Origin: Acidobacteriota bacterium
GTDB lineage: Bacteria > Acidobacteriota > UBA6911 > RPQK01 > JAJDTT01
Assembly: GCA_965263035.1 (NCBI GenBank)
Contig: OZ253580.1
Span: 3,328,001-3,392,000 of the forward strand
Direction of reading: 5' to 3'
Length of the DNA: 64,000 nt
Part shown: piece after piece, positions 8,803-19,388 of the stretch
Position numbering within the stretch: position 1 is the stretch's first letter
Layout: the number at the start of each line of letters is the position of its first letter
Program-made: the position numbers and the translations under genes
Notes under the pieces: model-generated
Seen by the model: only the letters and a program-made list of their open reading frames with translations
Database searches by the model: none
What the model was told of the DNA's origin: nothing

Positions 8803-11800
8803 ATGACCACAATCTCAGAATTCACCGTTGAGACCGCCACACTTGGTTGGCTTGAGACTCTCGGCTGGGACGTTGCTCACGGTCCCGACATCGCTCCGTA
8901 TACGGTGGGTTCCGAGCGCGACGACTACGGTGAGGTCGTGCTTCACCGAAGGCTGCGTGAGAACCTCGCGATCCTCAATCCTGACCTTCCTTTCGAGGCA
9001 CTGGAAGATGCATTTCGTAGGGTGACTCGGTCGGTGGGGCCGACGCTGGACATTCGCAACCGTGTCTACCACCGGATGGTAGTAGAGGGTGTGACGGTGG
9101 AATATCGTGCGGCTAACGGCGCGATCCGCGGGGCGCAGGTCCGTGTCATCGACTTCGAGAACCCTGACAGCAATGACTGGCTGGCTGTCAATCAGTTCAC
9201 CGTTACGGAAGACAAAAACACCCGTCGGCCGGACATCGTGCTGTTCGTCAACGGTCTGCCGTTGGGCGTGATTGAGCTCAAGAACCCGACGGACGAGGAC
9301 GCGACGATCTGGACTGCTTGGCAGCAACTCCAGACCTACAAGGCGGAACTGCCCGCCTTGTTCTCCATGAACGAGATTCTCATGGTCTCCGATGGGATCG
9401 AGGCCCGTATCGGATCTCTCACGGCCGGGCGGGAGTGGTTCAAGCCTTGGCGGACAATCTCTGGCGAATCCTTGGCCGACCCGCACATGACCGAGCTTCA
9501 GGTGATGCTGGAGGGCACCTGTACGCACCACCGCTTCCTCTCCCTGGTGCGTGACTTCATCGTGTTCGAGGACGACGGAAGCGGCGCTCTGGTCAAGAAG
9601 ATGGCCGGCTATCATCAGTTCCACGCGGTGCAGGTGGCCGTCACCGAAACCCTGCGTGCCACCCGATTGCAGCGCAAGGTAGACCGGATCGCCGAAGCCC
9701 GCGGCCGCTACGAGTCAGGCCGAAAACCCGGCGGCAAACTTGGGGACCGGCGCATCGGCGTGGTCTGGCACACTCAGGGCTCGGGCAAGAGCCTGACCAT
9801 GGCCTTCTATGCCGGGGCCATCATCCGCGAGCCGGCCATGGCGAACCCCACAATCGTCGTCTTGACCGATCGCAACGACCTGGACGACCAACTCTTCGGA
9901 ACCTTCTCCCGCTGCCATGACCTCTTGCGCCAGCCACCCGTGCAGGCTGAGAGCCGAACCGACCTGCGGCGGAGATTGTCCGTCGAGTCCGGAGGAGTCG
10001 TATTCACCACCATCCAGAAGTTCTTCCCCGAAGAGAAGAGGGACACCCACCCGACCCTCTCCCAGCGCCGCAACATCGTTGTGATCGCGGACGAGGCCCA
10101 TCGCAGCCAGTACGATTTCATCGACGGGTTCGCCCGCCACATGCGCGACGCGCTGCCCCGAGCGTCCTTCGTCGGATTCACCGGCACCCCTATCGAGCTT
10201 CAGGACGCCAACACCCGTGCGGTGTTCGGCGACTACATCAGCATCTACGACATCCAGCGCGCCGTGGCGGACGGGGCCACCGTCCCCATCTACTACGAGA
10301 GCCGACTCGCCAAGTTGTCCCTGGATGAGATCGAGCGGCCCCGCATCGACCCGGAGTTCGAGGAGGCCACAGAGGGTGAGGAGGTCCAGCGCAAGGAGAA
10401 GCTCAAGACCCGATGGGCGCAGCTGGAAGCCATCGTCGGGACGGAGAAACGGCTGGGTCTCATCGCCCAGGACATCGTAGACCACTTCGAAAAACGCCTG
10501 GAAGCCTTGACCGGCAAAGCCATGGTGGTGTGCATGAGCCGGCGGATCTGCGTCGAGCTCTATCGAGAGCTGGCACGCCTGCGCCCGGACTGGCATCACG
10601 ACGACGATCGCAAGGGACGCCTCAAGGTCGTGATGACCGGGTCCGCGTCCGATCCGCTCGACTGGCAACCGCACATTCGCAACAAACCCCGGCGCGAGGC
10701 GCTCGCCAACCGCTTCCGCGACGCTGGTGATGAACTGCAAATGGTCCTGGTTCGAGACATGTGGCTCACCGGCTTCGATGCACCGAGCCTGCACACCATG
10801 TATGTGGACAAGCCCATGCGGGGCCACGGCCTGATGCAGGCCATCGCCCGGGTCAACCGGGTGTTCAAGGACAAGCCGGGCGGTCTGGTCGTGGATTACC
10901 TGGGCCTCGCCCATGAGCTCAAGCGAGCCTTGGCCACCTACACCGAAAGCGGCGGCACCGGCGAGACGGCGCTCGATCAGTCGGAAGCGGTGGCCGTGAT
11001 GATGGAGAAGCACGAGGTCTGCTGCGGCCTGTTCCACGGCTTCGACCGGTCCAGGTGGATCGACGGCACTCCTCAGGAAAGGCTGGGACTGCTTCCTGCC
11101 GCACAGGAACACATACTTTCGTTGGAAAACGGCAAGGACCGATGTGTGAAGTCGGTGCGTGAGCTCTCTCAGGCCTTCGCCCTCGCCGTCCCGCATGAGG
11201 ACGCGATTCGGATCCGGGATGACGTGGCGTTCTTTCAAGCCGTGCAGTCTGTGCTGTCCAAGCGTTCTCCAGCCGAAATGCGGTCCCAGGAAGAGCTGGA
11301 CCACGCCGTGCGCCAGATCATTTCCCGTGCGGTGACCTCCGAGGGCGTGGTCGACATCTTCGCCGCCGCCGGTCTGGACAAGCCTGATATTTCCATCCTC
11401 TCCGATGAGTTCCTGGCCGAGGTGCGGGGGATGCCCCATCGCAACCTCGCCGTGGAGCTGCTTCAAAAGCTGCTCAAAGGGGAACTGGTCACCCGGCGCC
11501 GGAAGAACGTGGTCCAGGCGCGTTCGTTCGCCCAGATGCTGGAACAGACCCTGCGCCGGTACCAGAATCGGGCCATCGAGGCGGCACAGGTGATCGAGGA
11601 GTTGATCCAGTTGGCGCGGGAACTGCGCGAGGCGGACGCACGTGGAGAGGAGCTCGGGTTGTCGGAAGACGAGCTGGCTTTCTACGACGCCCTCGAGACC
11701 AACGACAGCGCGGTACAGGTCCTGGGCGACGAGACTCTGCGCACCATCGCCCGGGAGTTGGTCGAGACCGTCCGCAACAACGTCACCATCGACTGGACGC

Positions 11801-11943
11801 TACGCGAGAACGTACGGGCGCATCTGCGCGTCCTGGTCAAGCGCACGTTGCGCCGGTATGGCTATCCGCCCGACAAGCAGGAGAAAGCGACCCGGACCGT
11901 CCTGGAGCAGGCCGAGGTCCTGTCCGCTGGCTGGGCATCCTGA
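8803..11943 (+). CDS. hsdR: Type I RM restriction/motor subunit R
   Basis: [17 protein letters not shown] nuclease motif, [32 protein letters not shown]. Confidence 0.97.
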   Translation: MTTISEFTVETATLGWLETLGWDVAHGPDIAPYTVGSERDDYGEVVLHRRLRENLAILNPDLPFEALEDAFRRVTRSVGPTLDIRNRVYHRMVVEGVTVEYRAANGAIRGAQVRVIDFENPDSNDWLAVNQFTVTEDKNTRRPDIVLFVNGLPLGVIELKNPTDEDATIWTAWQQLQTYKAELPALFSMNEILMVSDGIEARIGSLTAGREWFKPWRTISGESLADPHMTELQVMLEGTCTHHRFLSLVRDFIVFEDDGSGALVKKMAGYHQFHAVQVAVTETLRATRLQRKVDRIAEARGRYESGRKPGGKLGDRRIGVVWHTQGSGKSLTMAFYAGAIIREPAMANPTIVVLTDRNDLDDQLFGTFSRCHDLLRQPPVQAESRTDLRRRLSVESGGVVFTTIQKFFPEEKRDTHPTLSQRRNIVVIADEAHRSQYDFIDGFARHMRDALPRASFVGFTGTPIELQDANTRAVFGDYISIYDIQRAVADGATVPIYYESRLAKLSLDEIERPRIDPEFEEATEGEEVQRKEKLKTRWAQLEAIVGTEKRLGLIAQDIVDHFEKRLEALTGKAMVVCMSRRICVELYRELARLRPDWHHDDDRKGRLKVVMTGSASDPLDWQPHIRNKPRREALANRFRDAGDELQMVLVRDMWLTGFDAPSLHTMYVDKPMRGHGLMQAIARVNRVFKDKPGGLVVDYLGLAHELKRALATYTESGGTGETALDQSEAVAVMMEKHEVCCGLFHGFDRSRWIDGTPQERLGLLPAAQEHILSLENGKDRCVKSVRELSQAFALAVPHEDAIRIRDDVAFFQAVQSVLSKRSPAEMRSQEELDHAVRQIISRAVTSEGVVDIFAAAGLDKPDISILSDEFLAEVRGMPHRNLAVELLQKLLKGELVTRRRKNVVQARSFAQMLEQTLRRYQNRAIEAAQVIEELIQLARELREADARGEELGLSEDELAFYDALETNDSAVQVLGDETLRTIARELVETVRNNVTIDWTLRENVRAHLRVLVKRTLRRYGYPPDKQEKATRTVLEQAEVLSAGWAS

Positions 11944-12076
11944 GCCGTTGCCGACGGTAGCCTGCCTCGAAAACGAACCAGGTTCGGCATTTGTGCTGCC
12001 CGTCGGCTGGCATGAGAAATCCACCACCGATTGACAGTCACAGAGCATCTTTTCCATTTACTCAATACAAAGAGCA

Positions 12077-12102
12077 GAATTACTCATTGTGTTGAGTAAT
12101 TC
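12077..12102. promoter_or_regulatory. Palindromic operator-like site GAATTACTCA-N6-TGAGTAATTC
   Basis: Perfect 10-bp inverted arms at the start of the AAA_14 gene; extra TTACTCA half-site near 12058. Confidence 0.45.
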
Positions 12103-13297
12103 GGGATACACGCGGCCTCACACCACAGATTTGCACTCCCGTCTGCGCGAGCCGCGCCGTTTCCTCCAGATCGTCACCGGGGCTCGCCAGGTCCGCAAGA
12201 CGACCCTCGTCACGCAAGTCGCCGAACGGTGCGGATTGCCCCATCACTACGCCAGCGCCGACGAGCCGACCTTGCGCGGCCCGGATTGGATCGCCGGACA
12301 GTGGGACGCCGCGCGGCTCCTGGCTGGCGGCGCCGGCCCCGAGGGTGCTCTTCTCGTCTTGGACGAGGTCCAAAAGGTTCCCAACTGGACCGAGGCCGTC
12401 AAACGCCTGTGGGACGAAGACACGCGGCGAGGGCCCCGACTCAAGGTGGTGCTGACCAGTTCCGCGCCGCTTCTGATCGGCCGGGGCTCGACCGAAAGTC
12501 TCGCCGGGCGTTTCGAACTCCTGCACCTGCCGCACTGGGGATTCCCCGAAATGCAGACCGCCTTCGGATGGTCCCTGGACGAATTCCTGTTCTATGGCGC
12601 CTATCCCGGAGCGGCTCCGCTGATCACAGAGCCGAATCGCTGGTCACGCTACATCCGCGACTCGCTCATCGAAACCACCATCTCCCGAGATGTCCTGTTG
12701 CTCTCCCGGGTGGACAAACCGGCCCTGCTGCGCCGGCTGTTCAACTTGGGCTGTGCGTATTCAAGCCAGATCTTTTCCTACACGAGGATGCTGGGACAGC
12801 TCCAGGATGCCGGGAACACCACGACCCTGGCCCACTACCTCGATCTGCTGGCGGGTGCGGGAATGCTGACCGGTTTGCAGCAGTACGCCGGCGCTGCCGC
12901 CCGGCGACGTAGCTCCAGCCCGAAGCTGCAAGTCCTCAATACCGCCCTGATGACTTCCGGGTCCGGCCTCACCCTGGAGCAGGCCCGCACGGATCGTGAG
13001 TTCTGGGGACGTCTGGTCGAATCCGCGGTGGAAGCTCATCTGGCAAATGCGGCTGCTGCAGGCGCCTGTCAAATCTTCTACTGGCGGGACCGCAACCGGG
13101 AGGTCGATTTCGTCGTGAGCGTGGGACGGACGTTGACGGCGATTGAAGTCAAGAGCGGCCGCACTCAGCAGTCGCTGCCTGGAATGGCCGCGTTTGCCAA
13201 TGCATTTCAGCCAATCCGACGCTTGCTGATCGGATGGGACGCCATCGCCGTGGGCGAGTTCCTGTCCAAACTTGTGGAACACTGGGTGGGGCCCTGA
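12089..13297 (+). CDS. AAA_14 ATPase + DUF4143 (PD-(D/E)XK) protein, possibly degenerate
   Basis: GARQVRKT (Walker A with G>R), LDEVQ, ESLAGR, EVDFV..AIEVKSG. Confidence 0.8.
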   Translation: MLSNSGYTRPHTTDLHSRLREPRRFLQIVTGARQVRKTTLVTQVAERCGLPHHYASADEPTLRGPDWIAGQWDAARLLAGGAGPEGALLVLDEVQKVPNWTEAVKRLWDEDTRRGPRLKVVLTSSAPLLIGRGSTESLAGRFELLHLPHWGFPEMQTAFGWSLDEFLFYGAYPGAAPLITEPNRWSRYIRDSLIETTISRDVLLLSRVDKPALLRRLFNLGCAYSSQIFSYTRMLGQLQDAGNTTTLAHYLDLLAGAGMLTGLQQYAGAAARRRSSSPKLQVLNTALMTSGSGLTLEQARTDREFWGRLVESAVEAHLANAAAAGACQIFYWRDRNREVDFVVSVGRTLTAIEVKSGRTQQSLPGMAAFANAFQPIRRLLIGWDAIAVGEFLSKLVEHWVGP

Positions 13298-13428
13298 AAC
13301 GCATCGCGGAATCCATGGCCGAAAGAGCGCCGCTATTGATAGCGGTAGATTCGGTAAAGGGTCGAATACAACCGCACAGGCAAGCTGATGCTCGGTTGGA
13401 CCAGGATCGCCCATTCTTCAACTCCACC

Positions 13429-16215
13429 CTAGAAACTACTCCCCCACGAATAGTTGAGGCGGGCGTAGTAGTAGCCGCCGCTCAGGCCCCAGGGGGTGAA
13501 CTGGCTGTAGGGGAGGCCGAAAATATCGGCGAAGAGGTCCAGCCGCTGCGAGAAGGTGTTCAGGACGTTCTGACCGCCGAACGCCAGCGTCACGCCTTCG
13601 CCCAACCGGATGCTCGCTTCCAGGTCGACGATATAGCGGCCTTCCAGCAGTGGTGAGTCGGCGCCGCGGACGAACCGGGCGTCGAAGTGGTCCACCCACG
13701 AGCCGTAGTAGTTCAACCGTCCCAGCAGGCCGACCCGGCCCACCTTCTGGTTGACGGCGGCGTTCCAGCGGATCCGGGGTACGCCGCGCTCCAGGCCCAG
13801 GACGTCGCCGGGGGTGAGTAGCTTCGACTCTTCCGTCAGTTCCGTATGGGTGTAGTTCATCGCAAAACTGAACACCGTGTTGCCGCCCAACCCGGGGGGG
13901 TTGTACGTCGAGACCAAGTCGATCCCCTGGTTTCGGCTCGAGAAGTCGTTGATGAAGAACCGGAAGAAGGCCAGCGTGCCGGCGGAGGCGATTCCCTCCG
14001 AGATCAGCAGCGTTCGTTCGTCCTCCGTGAGCGTGAACGTTTGCGACAGGGCGAGGCGGTTGGAGAGGTCGACGCGGAAATAGTCGGCCGTCAGCGTGAA
14101 CGGTCCGGTGTCGATCACCAGCCCAGCCGTGGTGTTGACGGACGTCTCGGGCTCCAGCGGCTTGCCGCCCTTCAGCTCCGCCGCCAGGAAGGTGGAGGGC
14201 ACGTTGGCGCTGTCGACCAGTTGGAGTGTCTTCGGGTCGATGGTGGTCTGTACGTTGAGCGTGTTCTGTTGGCCGGGCGTCGGTGCGCGGAACCCGGTGC
14301 TGACGCCGCCGCGCACGGAGACCACGTCGCTCAGCCCGAAACGGGCCGACAGCTTGCCGTTGGTGGTGGAGCCGAAGAGGTCGAAGTGTTCGAACCGGAG
14401 GGCGCCGCCCACCGTCCACCGGTCCCCCGGGTCCCGCAACTCCAGGTCGCCGTAGAGCGCCACGTTGCTGCGATCCCAGGCTCCGGCCGTATAGTCGGGA
14501 AATCCGGGGAAGCCGTTGGAGCCGGAGACGAAGCCCTGCGCGGCGTACGGTCCGACCTCCCAGGACGGCCTCCCACCGGCTCCGATCTCGAAACGTTCGT
14601 TGCGCCACTCGGTGCCGGCCGCGATGTTGACCATGTCGGTGGCGGCGTAGGAAACGTCGAAGTTGAGGTTCAAGTCTTCCTGACGGTACAGGCCCGGATC
14701 GAATTCACGCGGGGTTTCGGGTCCGAGCGACGCGTTGACGGTGTTCTTGAAGAAGAAGTCCGACTCGTGGGCGCCGTAGCTGGCACTGGCGTCCCAGTTC
14801 AGGCCGTTGGCCAGGATCCCTCGGACACCGCCCACCACGGACATGTCGGTGACCACGCCGCCGAACTGGGGTGTGAACCCGCCCGGGGCGATCTCCCGGA
14901 AAGAGAAGCAGTTCGGGTCCTCGAACACCCGCGCCAGGGCGGCTTGGTCCGGCACGTTGTCGGTGATGCGCACGGTGGGGCAGTTGGCCGATCCGTCGAC
15001 GACGCCGTCATCCGCATCCAGCACATCTGCGATCATCAGCGTCTCGCCCTCGTCGAGGCTGTAGATGTTGGCCCGGTTGTTGGGATTCCGGAAATAGAAA
15101 CCTTCCGTCACCTTTTTCTCGGCGTAGTTGGTGTGGCCGTAGAGCTGCACGCCGTTGGAGAACAGGTGGCCGAAGTTGCCGAAGAACTTGACCTCGTCCT
15201 CGATGGTCGGATTGCCCCAGATCTGCGCCGGGTCGGCCACGGCGGTGTTGCCGGCCGCGATCAGGGCCGCCGCGTCGGCGCGCTGCACGCTCCGGTTCGT
15301 GGGGTCGGAGTTGCCGTACTCCAGGCTGAGGTTGGCGAAGCCTGTCTCGCCCAGCGGCAGTCCCACGTTGCCGGCGATGGTGTACGAATCACCGTCGCCC
15401 GCGCGGTAGGTGCCGGTGTTGAACTCGACACTGCCACCCTTCCGGGCGTCTTTGAGCAGAAAATTGATCACGCCGGCAATGGCGTCCGAGCCGTACTGGG
15501 CCGACGCGCCGTCCCGCAGCACCTCCACCTGGCGCAGCGCGATCGAGGGAATGGTGGAGATGTCGGGACCCTGTGCGCCGTCCGTCACACCGGCGAACCA
15601 GGCGATGACCGACGAGCGGTGGCGGCGCTTGCCGTTCACCAGCACCAGCGTGTGATCGTGGGCAAGGTTGCGCAGGCTGGCCGGCCGCACCAGGGTGGCC
15701 GCATCACTGATGGGGTGCGTGGCGACGTTGAATGAAGGGACCAATGTCCGCAACTGGTAGTCGAGGGTGGTGGAGCCCTGGCTGATGACGTCTTGCAACG
15801 GGATGGCGTCGATGGGGACCGGAGATTTGGTCACCGACCGCGGTTGGGCGCGGCTCCCCACCACCACCAGTTCCGTCTCCAGACGGGCCTGGAGGGTGAT
15901 GGTGACCATACCCTCCGATTGGTCCGCGGAGCCTTCGTCGACCCGAAAATTCTTGGCCGTCACGATGACCCAGTGGGGTCCGGGACCGAGTCCGCAGAAC
16001 CTGGCGACGCCCGCGTTGCCGGTCCTTTCCTCTCGATCCCCGATGGTGACCGTGGCGCCCTGTATCGACGCGGACGAAGGGTCGAGAACCCGAACCTCGA
16101 GGCATTGGTCTTCCGGCTGGCCGGTCTGTTGCGCGATCGCCGGAAGCGTCGATAAAGGTGCAAGCAGAGCTATTAACCCGAACAGATAGCCGGGACGACT
16201 GGCTTTCAATCTCAC
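13429..16215 (-). CDS. TonB-dependent outer membrane receptor
   Basis: Signal peptide, plug motifs LVLVNGKRRH and EVLRDGASAQYGSDAIAGVINF, terminal F. Confidence 0.93.
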   Translation of the reverse strand: MRLKASRPGYLFGLIALLAPLSTLPAIAQQTGQPEDQCLEVRVLDPSSASIQGATVTIGDREERTGNAGVARFCGLGPGPHWVIVTAKNFRVDEGSADQSEGMVTITLQARLETELVVVGSRAQPRSVTKSPVPIDAIPLQDVISQGSTTLDYQLRTLVPSFNVATHPISDAATLVRPASLRNLAHDHTLVLVNGKRRHRSSVIAWFAGVTDGAQGPDISTIPSIALRQVEVLRDGASAQYGSDAIAGVINFLLKDARKGGSVEFNTGTYRAGDGDSYTIAGNVGLPLGETGFANLSLEYGNSDPTNRSVQRADAAALIAAGNTAVADPAQIWGNPTIEDEVKFFGNFGHLFSNGVQLYGHTNYAEKKVTEGFYFRNPNNRANIYSLDEGETLMIADVLDADDGVVDGSANCPTVRITDNVPDQAALARVFEDPNCFSFREIAPGGFTPQFGGVVTDMSVVGGVRGILANGLNWDASASYGAHESDFFFKNTVNASLGPETPREFDPGLYRQEDLNLNFDVSYAATDMVNIAAGTEWRNERFEIGAGGRPSWEVGPYAAQGFVSGSNGFPGFPDYTAGAWDRSNVALYGDLELRDPGDRWTVGGALRFEHFDLFGSTTNGKLSARFGLSDVVSVRGGVSTGFRAPTPGQQNTLNVQTTIDPKTLQLVDSANVPSTFLAAELKGGKPLEPETSVNTTAGLVIDTGPFTLTADYFRVDLSNRLALSQTFTLTEDERTLLISEGIASAGTLAFFRFFINDFSSRNQGIDLVSTYNPPGLGGNTVFSFAMNYTHTELTEESKLLTPGDVLGLERGVPRIRWNAAVNQKVGRVGLLGRLNYYGSWVDHFDARFVRGADSPLLEGRYIVDLEASIRLGEGVTLAFGGQNVLNTFSQRLDLFADIFGLPYSQFTPWGLSGGYYYARLNYSWGSSF

Positions 16216-16342
16216 TTCTCCTTGCTTTCCATGAGCGAAAAACAGGCCGGTGCTATCGGGTCGTGGAACGACAATGCGGCTGGAGACAAAAAGCCGTCTG
16301 ATTGGTTGGAAAAAAACGGAATGGCAGGGGTGACGGTGGAAT

Positions 16343-16419
<77 letters not shown>

Positions 16420-16432
16420 ACAGAGACGGGGA

Positions 16433-16462
16433 ATCGTAGTTGAAGGCGGGAGAGCTTGTCAA
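16433..16462 (-). promoter_or_regulatory. sigma70-like promoter for tRNA-Met
   Basis: TTGACA-N18-TACGAT on the minus strand, ending 13 nt before the tRNA 5' end. Confidence 0.6.
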
Positions 16463-16500
16463 GCTCCCCCGTCGCCTGGGTCATGGGTCCGTCGCCTTGA

Positions 16501-17340
16501 TTACTGTTCTCCGGCGCCCTCCGCGGAAGCCTCTTCCTCGGCATCCTTGGCGCACCGGAAACCGGTCCCGTACTGGGCCTTGGCCGGGTATCCGCTGCGG
16601 GTCATCAGCGTCATGCTGACCCCCTTGAAGGCGAAGGACGCGCCTCTGAGAGCGTAGAGCTTGAACCGGGGATTGAACGCATCGTTGTTGCGAGCCTTGC
16701 TCTTGGGATAGGGTCGGAGCCGGTCGCTGGTCCACTCCTGGACGTTGCCCATCATGTCGTAGACGCCGTAGCCGCTCTTGTCCGTCTCGAACATTCCGAC
16801 GTCGACCGGACGGTGGTAACTCGTGTCATTGGTATTGGACTTGCTCGGGTCGTAGGTATCGCCCCAGGGGTAAGAGAAGTTCTCCGGTCCTCGGGCGGCC
16901 CGCTCCCACTCCGCTTCGGTGGGGAGGCGGCTCCCGGCCCACTCGCAGTAGGCTTTGGAGTCATCCAGAGTCAGATTGGTGACGGGAACATCCTCCTTCC
17001 CGATCGAGTACATGGGTCGCCAGTTGCTCTCCACCTTGGTGCCGCTCTCGGTCAGGAACTTGATCCACTGTCCGTTAGTGACCTCATAGACGTCGATATG
17101 GTAGGGCTTGTCCATGGTCACGTTGTGGGCCGGTGTTTCCAGGCCGGCAGCGTTCTTCGGGACGTTGTCGGTTCCCATCATGAACTCCCCCGCGGGGATC
17201 AGAACCATGTCCCCCGGCTTGGGCTTGGGTGGAGGCAGATCGACCGGAGCCTGCTCAGGCTCCGGTGGCGGCTCAGAGCAACTGAACAGGGCCAGTGACG
17301 CGATCATGAGAACGGCGGAGAACAGAATTCTGAGTGTCAT
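16501..17340 (-). CDS. FGE-sulfatase (SUMF1-fold) domain lipoprotein
   Basis: Lipobox LFSC; FMMG, YEVTN, RLPTEAEWERAARG, DMMGNVQEW, GFRCA. Confidence 0.88.
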   Translation of the reverse strand: MTLRILFSAVLMIASLALFSCSEPPPEPEQAPVDLPPPKPKPGDMVLIPAGEFMMGTDNVPKNAAGLETPAHNVTMDKPYHIDVYEVTNGQWIKFLTESGTKVESNWRPMYSIGKEDVPVTNLTLDDSKAYCEWAGSRLPTEAEWERAARGPENFSYPWGDTYDPSKSNTNDTSYHRPVDVGMFETDKSGYGVYDMMGNVQEWTSDRLRPYPKSKARNNDAFNPRFKLYALRGASFAFKGVSMTLMTRSGYPAKAQYGTGFRCAKDAEEEASAEGAGEQ

Positions 17341-17410
17341 GGTGTCCCATTTATACCACCCGATTCGACGATAAGATAGATGCCGGACGGCGAATGAACG
17401 GCGCGCACGG

Positions 17411-18733
17411 CTACGTTCGATAGGTCTTCCGAACCCACGACAGAGCCTCTTCCCGAGCGGTCAGGATCCCTTCCAGTTGGAGGTCCTCGGCTTGCTGGAG
17501 GATCTCCGAGAATACCGGGCCCGGCTTCAATCCCAGTGCAATCAGATCGTGCCCGTTGAGGAGCGGAGGAGGGGTCAGGGCCTCCTGATCCAGCTCGCGC
17601 AATTTCTCCCGGCAGAAGTCGTAGTTGGAAAGATCTCCGTGACTTGCCAAGCAGTCCAGACGATGGAGTTCCAGGTGTTCGTCGAACCCCTCCGTTCGAA
17701 GAAAGCGGCGGAGCGTGCTCTCGCGCATCTGCCGGACGTGCATGAAGCGGAGGTGATCCTTCACCAGACGGACCACCTGCTGGATCTGGGTCCCCGAGAG
17801 CTTGAGCCGGCGGCAGACCTCTTCGGCCATCCGGGCCCCCAGTTCGGCATGTCCGTCGAATCGGATCCGCTCCCCGAAAGCGAACGTTTTGGGCTTGCCC
17901 ACGTCGTGAAGCAGTACTCCCAGGGCCAGGGTCGGGCTCAAATTCCGAGCCATGGAGAACATCAGGCGCGTGTGCTGATAGACGTCCCCTTCCGGATGGA
18001 ACTCCGGCGGCTGCATCACCCCGTGCAGGGCGTAAACCTCGGGCAGGACGGTCTCCACAACGCCCGTGTCGGACAGCAGCGTCAAGCCCCGCGCCGGCGC
18101 GGGACCTCCCAGGATCTTGAGGATCTCTTCCCGGATCCTCTCCCAGCTGATCTGGTCGAGCCGGTGGGCGAAGCGGGTCACGCCGTCGTAGGTGGGGCCG
18201 TCGATCCGGAAGCCGAGCTGGCAGGCGAACCGTATCCCCCTCAGCACCCGGAGCTTGTCCTCTCCGAACGTCAGCCGGGGTTCCCGGACGGTCCGAATCA
18301 GGCCTCGATCCAGGTCCTTCCTTCCTTCGGTGAAGTCGATGACCTCCTCGGTTTCCGGATCCAGGAAGAGCGCATTGACGGTGAAATCCCTTCGCAGGGC
18401 GTCCTGACGGGCATCGGTGAACCGGACCTTCCCGGGATGCCTGCCGTCCGTGTAACCCGACTCGGCCCGAAAGGTGGCGACCTCGTAGTTGAGCTTTCCC
18501 AATACGACCACGACGACGCCGAAATCGCGGCCCACTCCGATGGTGCGGGGAAAGAGCCTCTCCACGACGTCGGGAGGAGCCGCGGTGGCGATGTCGATTT
18601 CGGTGACGTTCCGGTTCAGGAGAAGGTCCCGAACGGCGCCTCCGGCGAAATAGACTGGGTAGCCTTCAGCCCCCAGAACCTTGGTGATGTGGAGAGCCCC
18701 TTCCAGAAGGCGGGGCTCGATTCGTTCCAGCAC
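17411..18733 (-). CDS. cca: CCA tRNA nucleotidyltransferase / poly(A) polymerase family with HD domain
   Basis: GGAVRD..EIDIAT, EVATFR, RRDFTVNA, EDKLRVLR, HPEGDV, LLHDVGK. Confidence 0.85.
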   Translation of the reverse strand: MLERIEPRLLEGALHITKVLGAEGYPVYFAGGAVRDLLLNRNVTEIDIATAAPPDVVERLFPRTIGVGRDFGVVVVVLGKLNYEVATFRAESGYTDGRHPGKVRFTDARQDALRRDFTVNALFLDPETEEVIDFTEGRKDLDRGLIRTVREPRLTFGEDKLRVLRGIRFACQLGFRIDGPTYDGVTRFAHRLDQISWERIREEILKILGGPAPARGLTLLSDTGVVETVLPEVYALHGVMQPPEFHPEGDVYQHTRLMFSMARNLSPTLALGVLLHDVGKPKTFAFGERIRFDGHAELGARMAEEVCRRLKLSGTQIQQVVRLVKDHLRFMHVRQMRESTLRRFLRTEGFDEHLELHRLDCLASHGDLSNYDFCREKLRELDQEALTPPPLLNGHDLIALGLKPGPVFSEILQQAEDLQLEGILTAREEALSWVRKTYRT

Positions 18734-18782
18734 TCGCCGCCCTTTCGGTTCGATGTCAGGATGGAAGGATCGGGTCCCCGCG

Positions 18783-19388
18783 TCAGGTTTGGATCGTGGC
18801 CCGGCCCGGACTTATTGTGACATCTTTGATGCCGTACGGCATGGAGAAGGGCTGCCGGGGATCGACCGGGAGTTGAGTCGCCTCGAGGAGACGGTCTATG
18901 AGGGACTCCAACAGCAGGGCAGGGAACGTGACGCCGTCCAGTGTCAATCCCATAAAACGGTAGCGTCCGCGGCCATCCTCCACCTCCAGGACACCGTCCA
19001 CTTCCACCTGATGGCGGCCTCCCAGGAGTGCCGTCAGGAGACCCGCCTGCGGCGTGTTCTTGCTCGAGGCGACCTTGCTGAGGTCAACGTCGGCCTGAAC
19101 CAGCAGACGATCTTGCCGGAAGCGCACCTTTACCGATTCGACGCCCTTGGGATTGTATTTCCGTAAGCGGAAGGCCAGAAAGGCATTGAGATCTTCTTCA
19201 CTGAGAACGTAGGTTTCGGGACGCGACCCGGAGGAATCGGATTGCGTCTCCAGCCGTTTGAGCAGCTGTTCAACCCGGACCACCGCCTCGCTCGGATCCC
19301 CGAGGGACTCGCCGGGAACGGGAACCAACAGGACGGCCGCCAGCAAGACCCCGGCGGCTCCGCGAAGAGTCCCAGCGAATCGTCTCAT
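18783..19388 (-). CDS. Hypothetical secreted protein
   Basis: Signal peptide; overlaps the thiI stop. Confidence 0.65.
   Translation of the reverse strand: MRRFAGTLRGAAGVLLAAVLLVPVPGESLGDPSEAVVRVEQLLKRLETQSDSSGSRPETYVLSEEDLNAFLAFRLRKYNPKGVESVKVRFRQDRLLVQADVDLSKVASSKNTPQAGLLTALLGGRHQVEVDGVLEVEDGRGRYRFMGLTLDGVTFPALLLESLIDRLLEATQLPVDPRQPFSMPYGIKDVTISPGRATIQT

Noticed and set aside
9715-11466. Long antisense ORFs (also 13846-15735, 17477-18820, 50698-52647, 62571-63812)
   Set aside because: Typical stop-poor shadows of real genes in high-GC DNA; no recognisable motifs.
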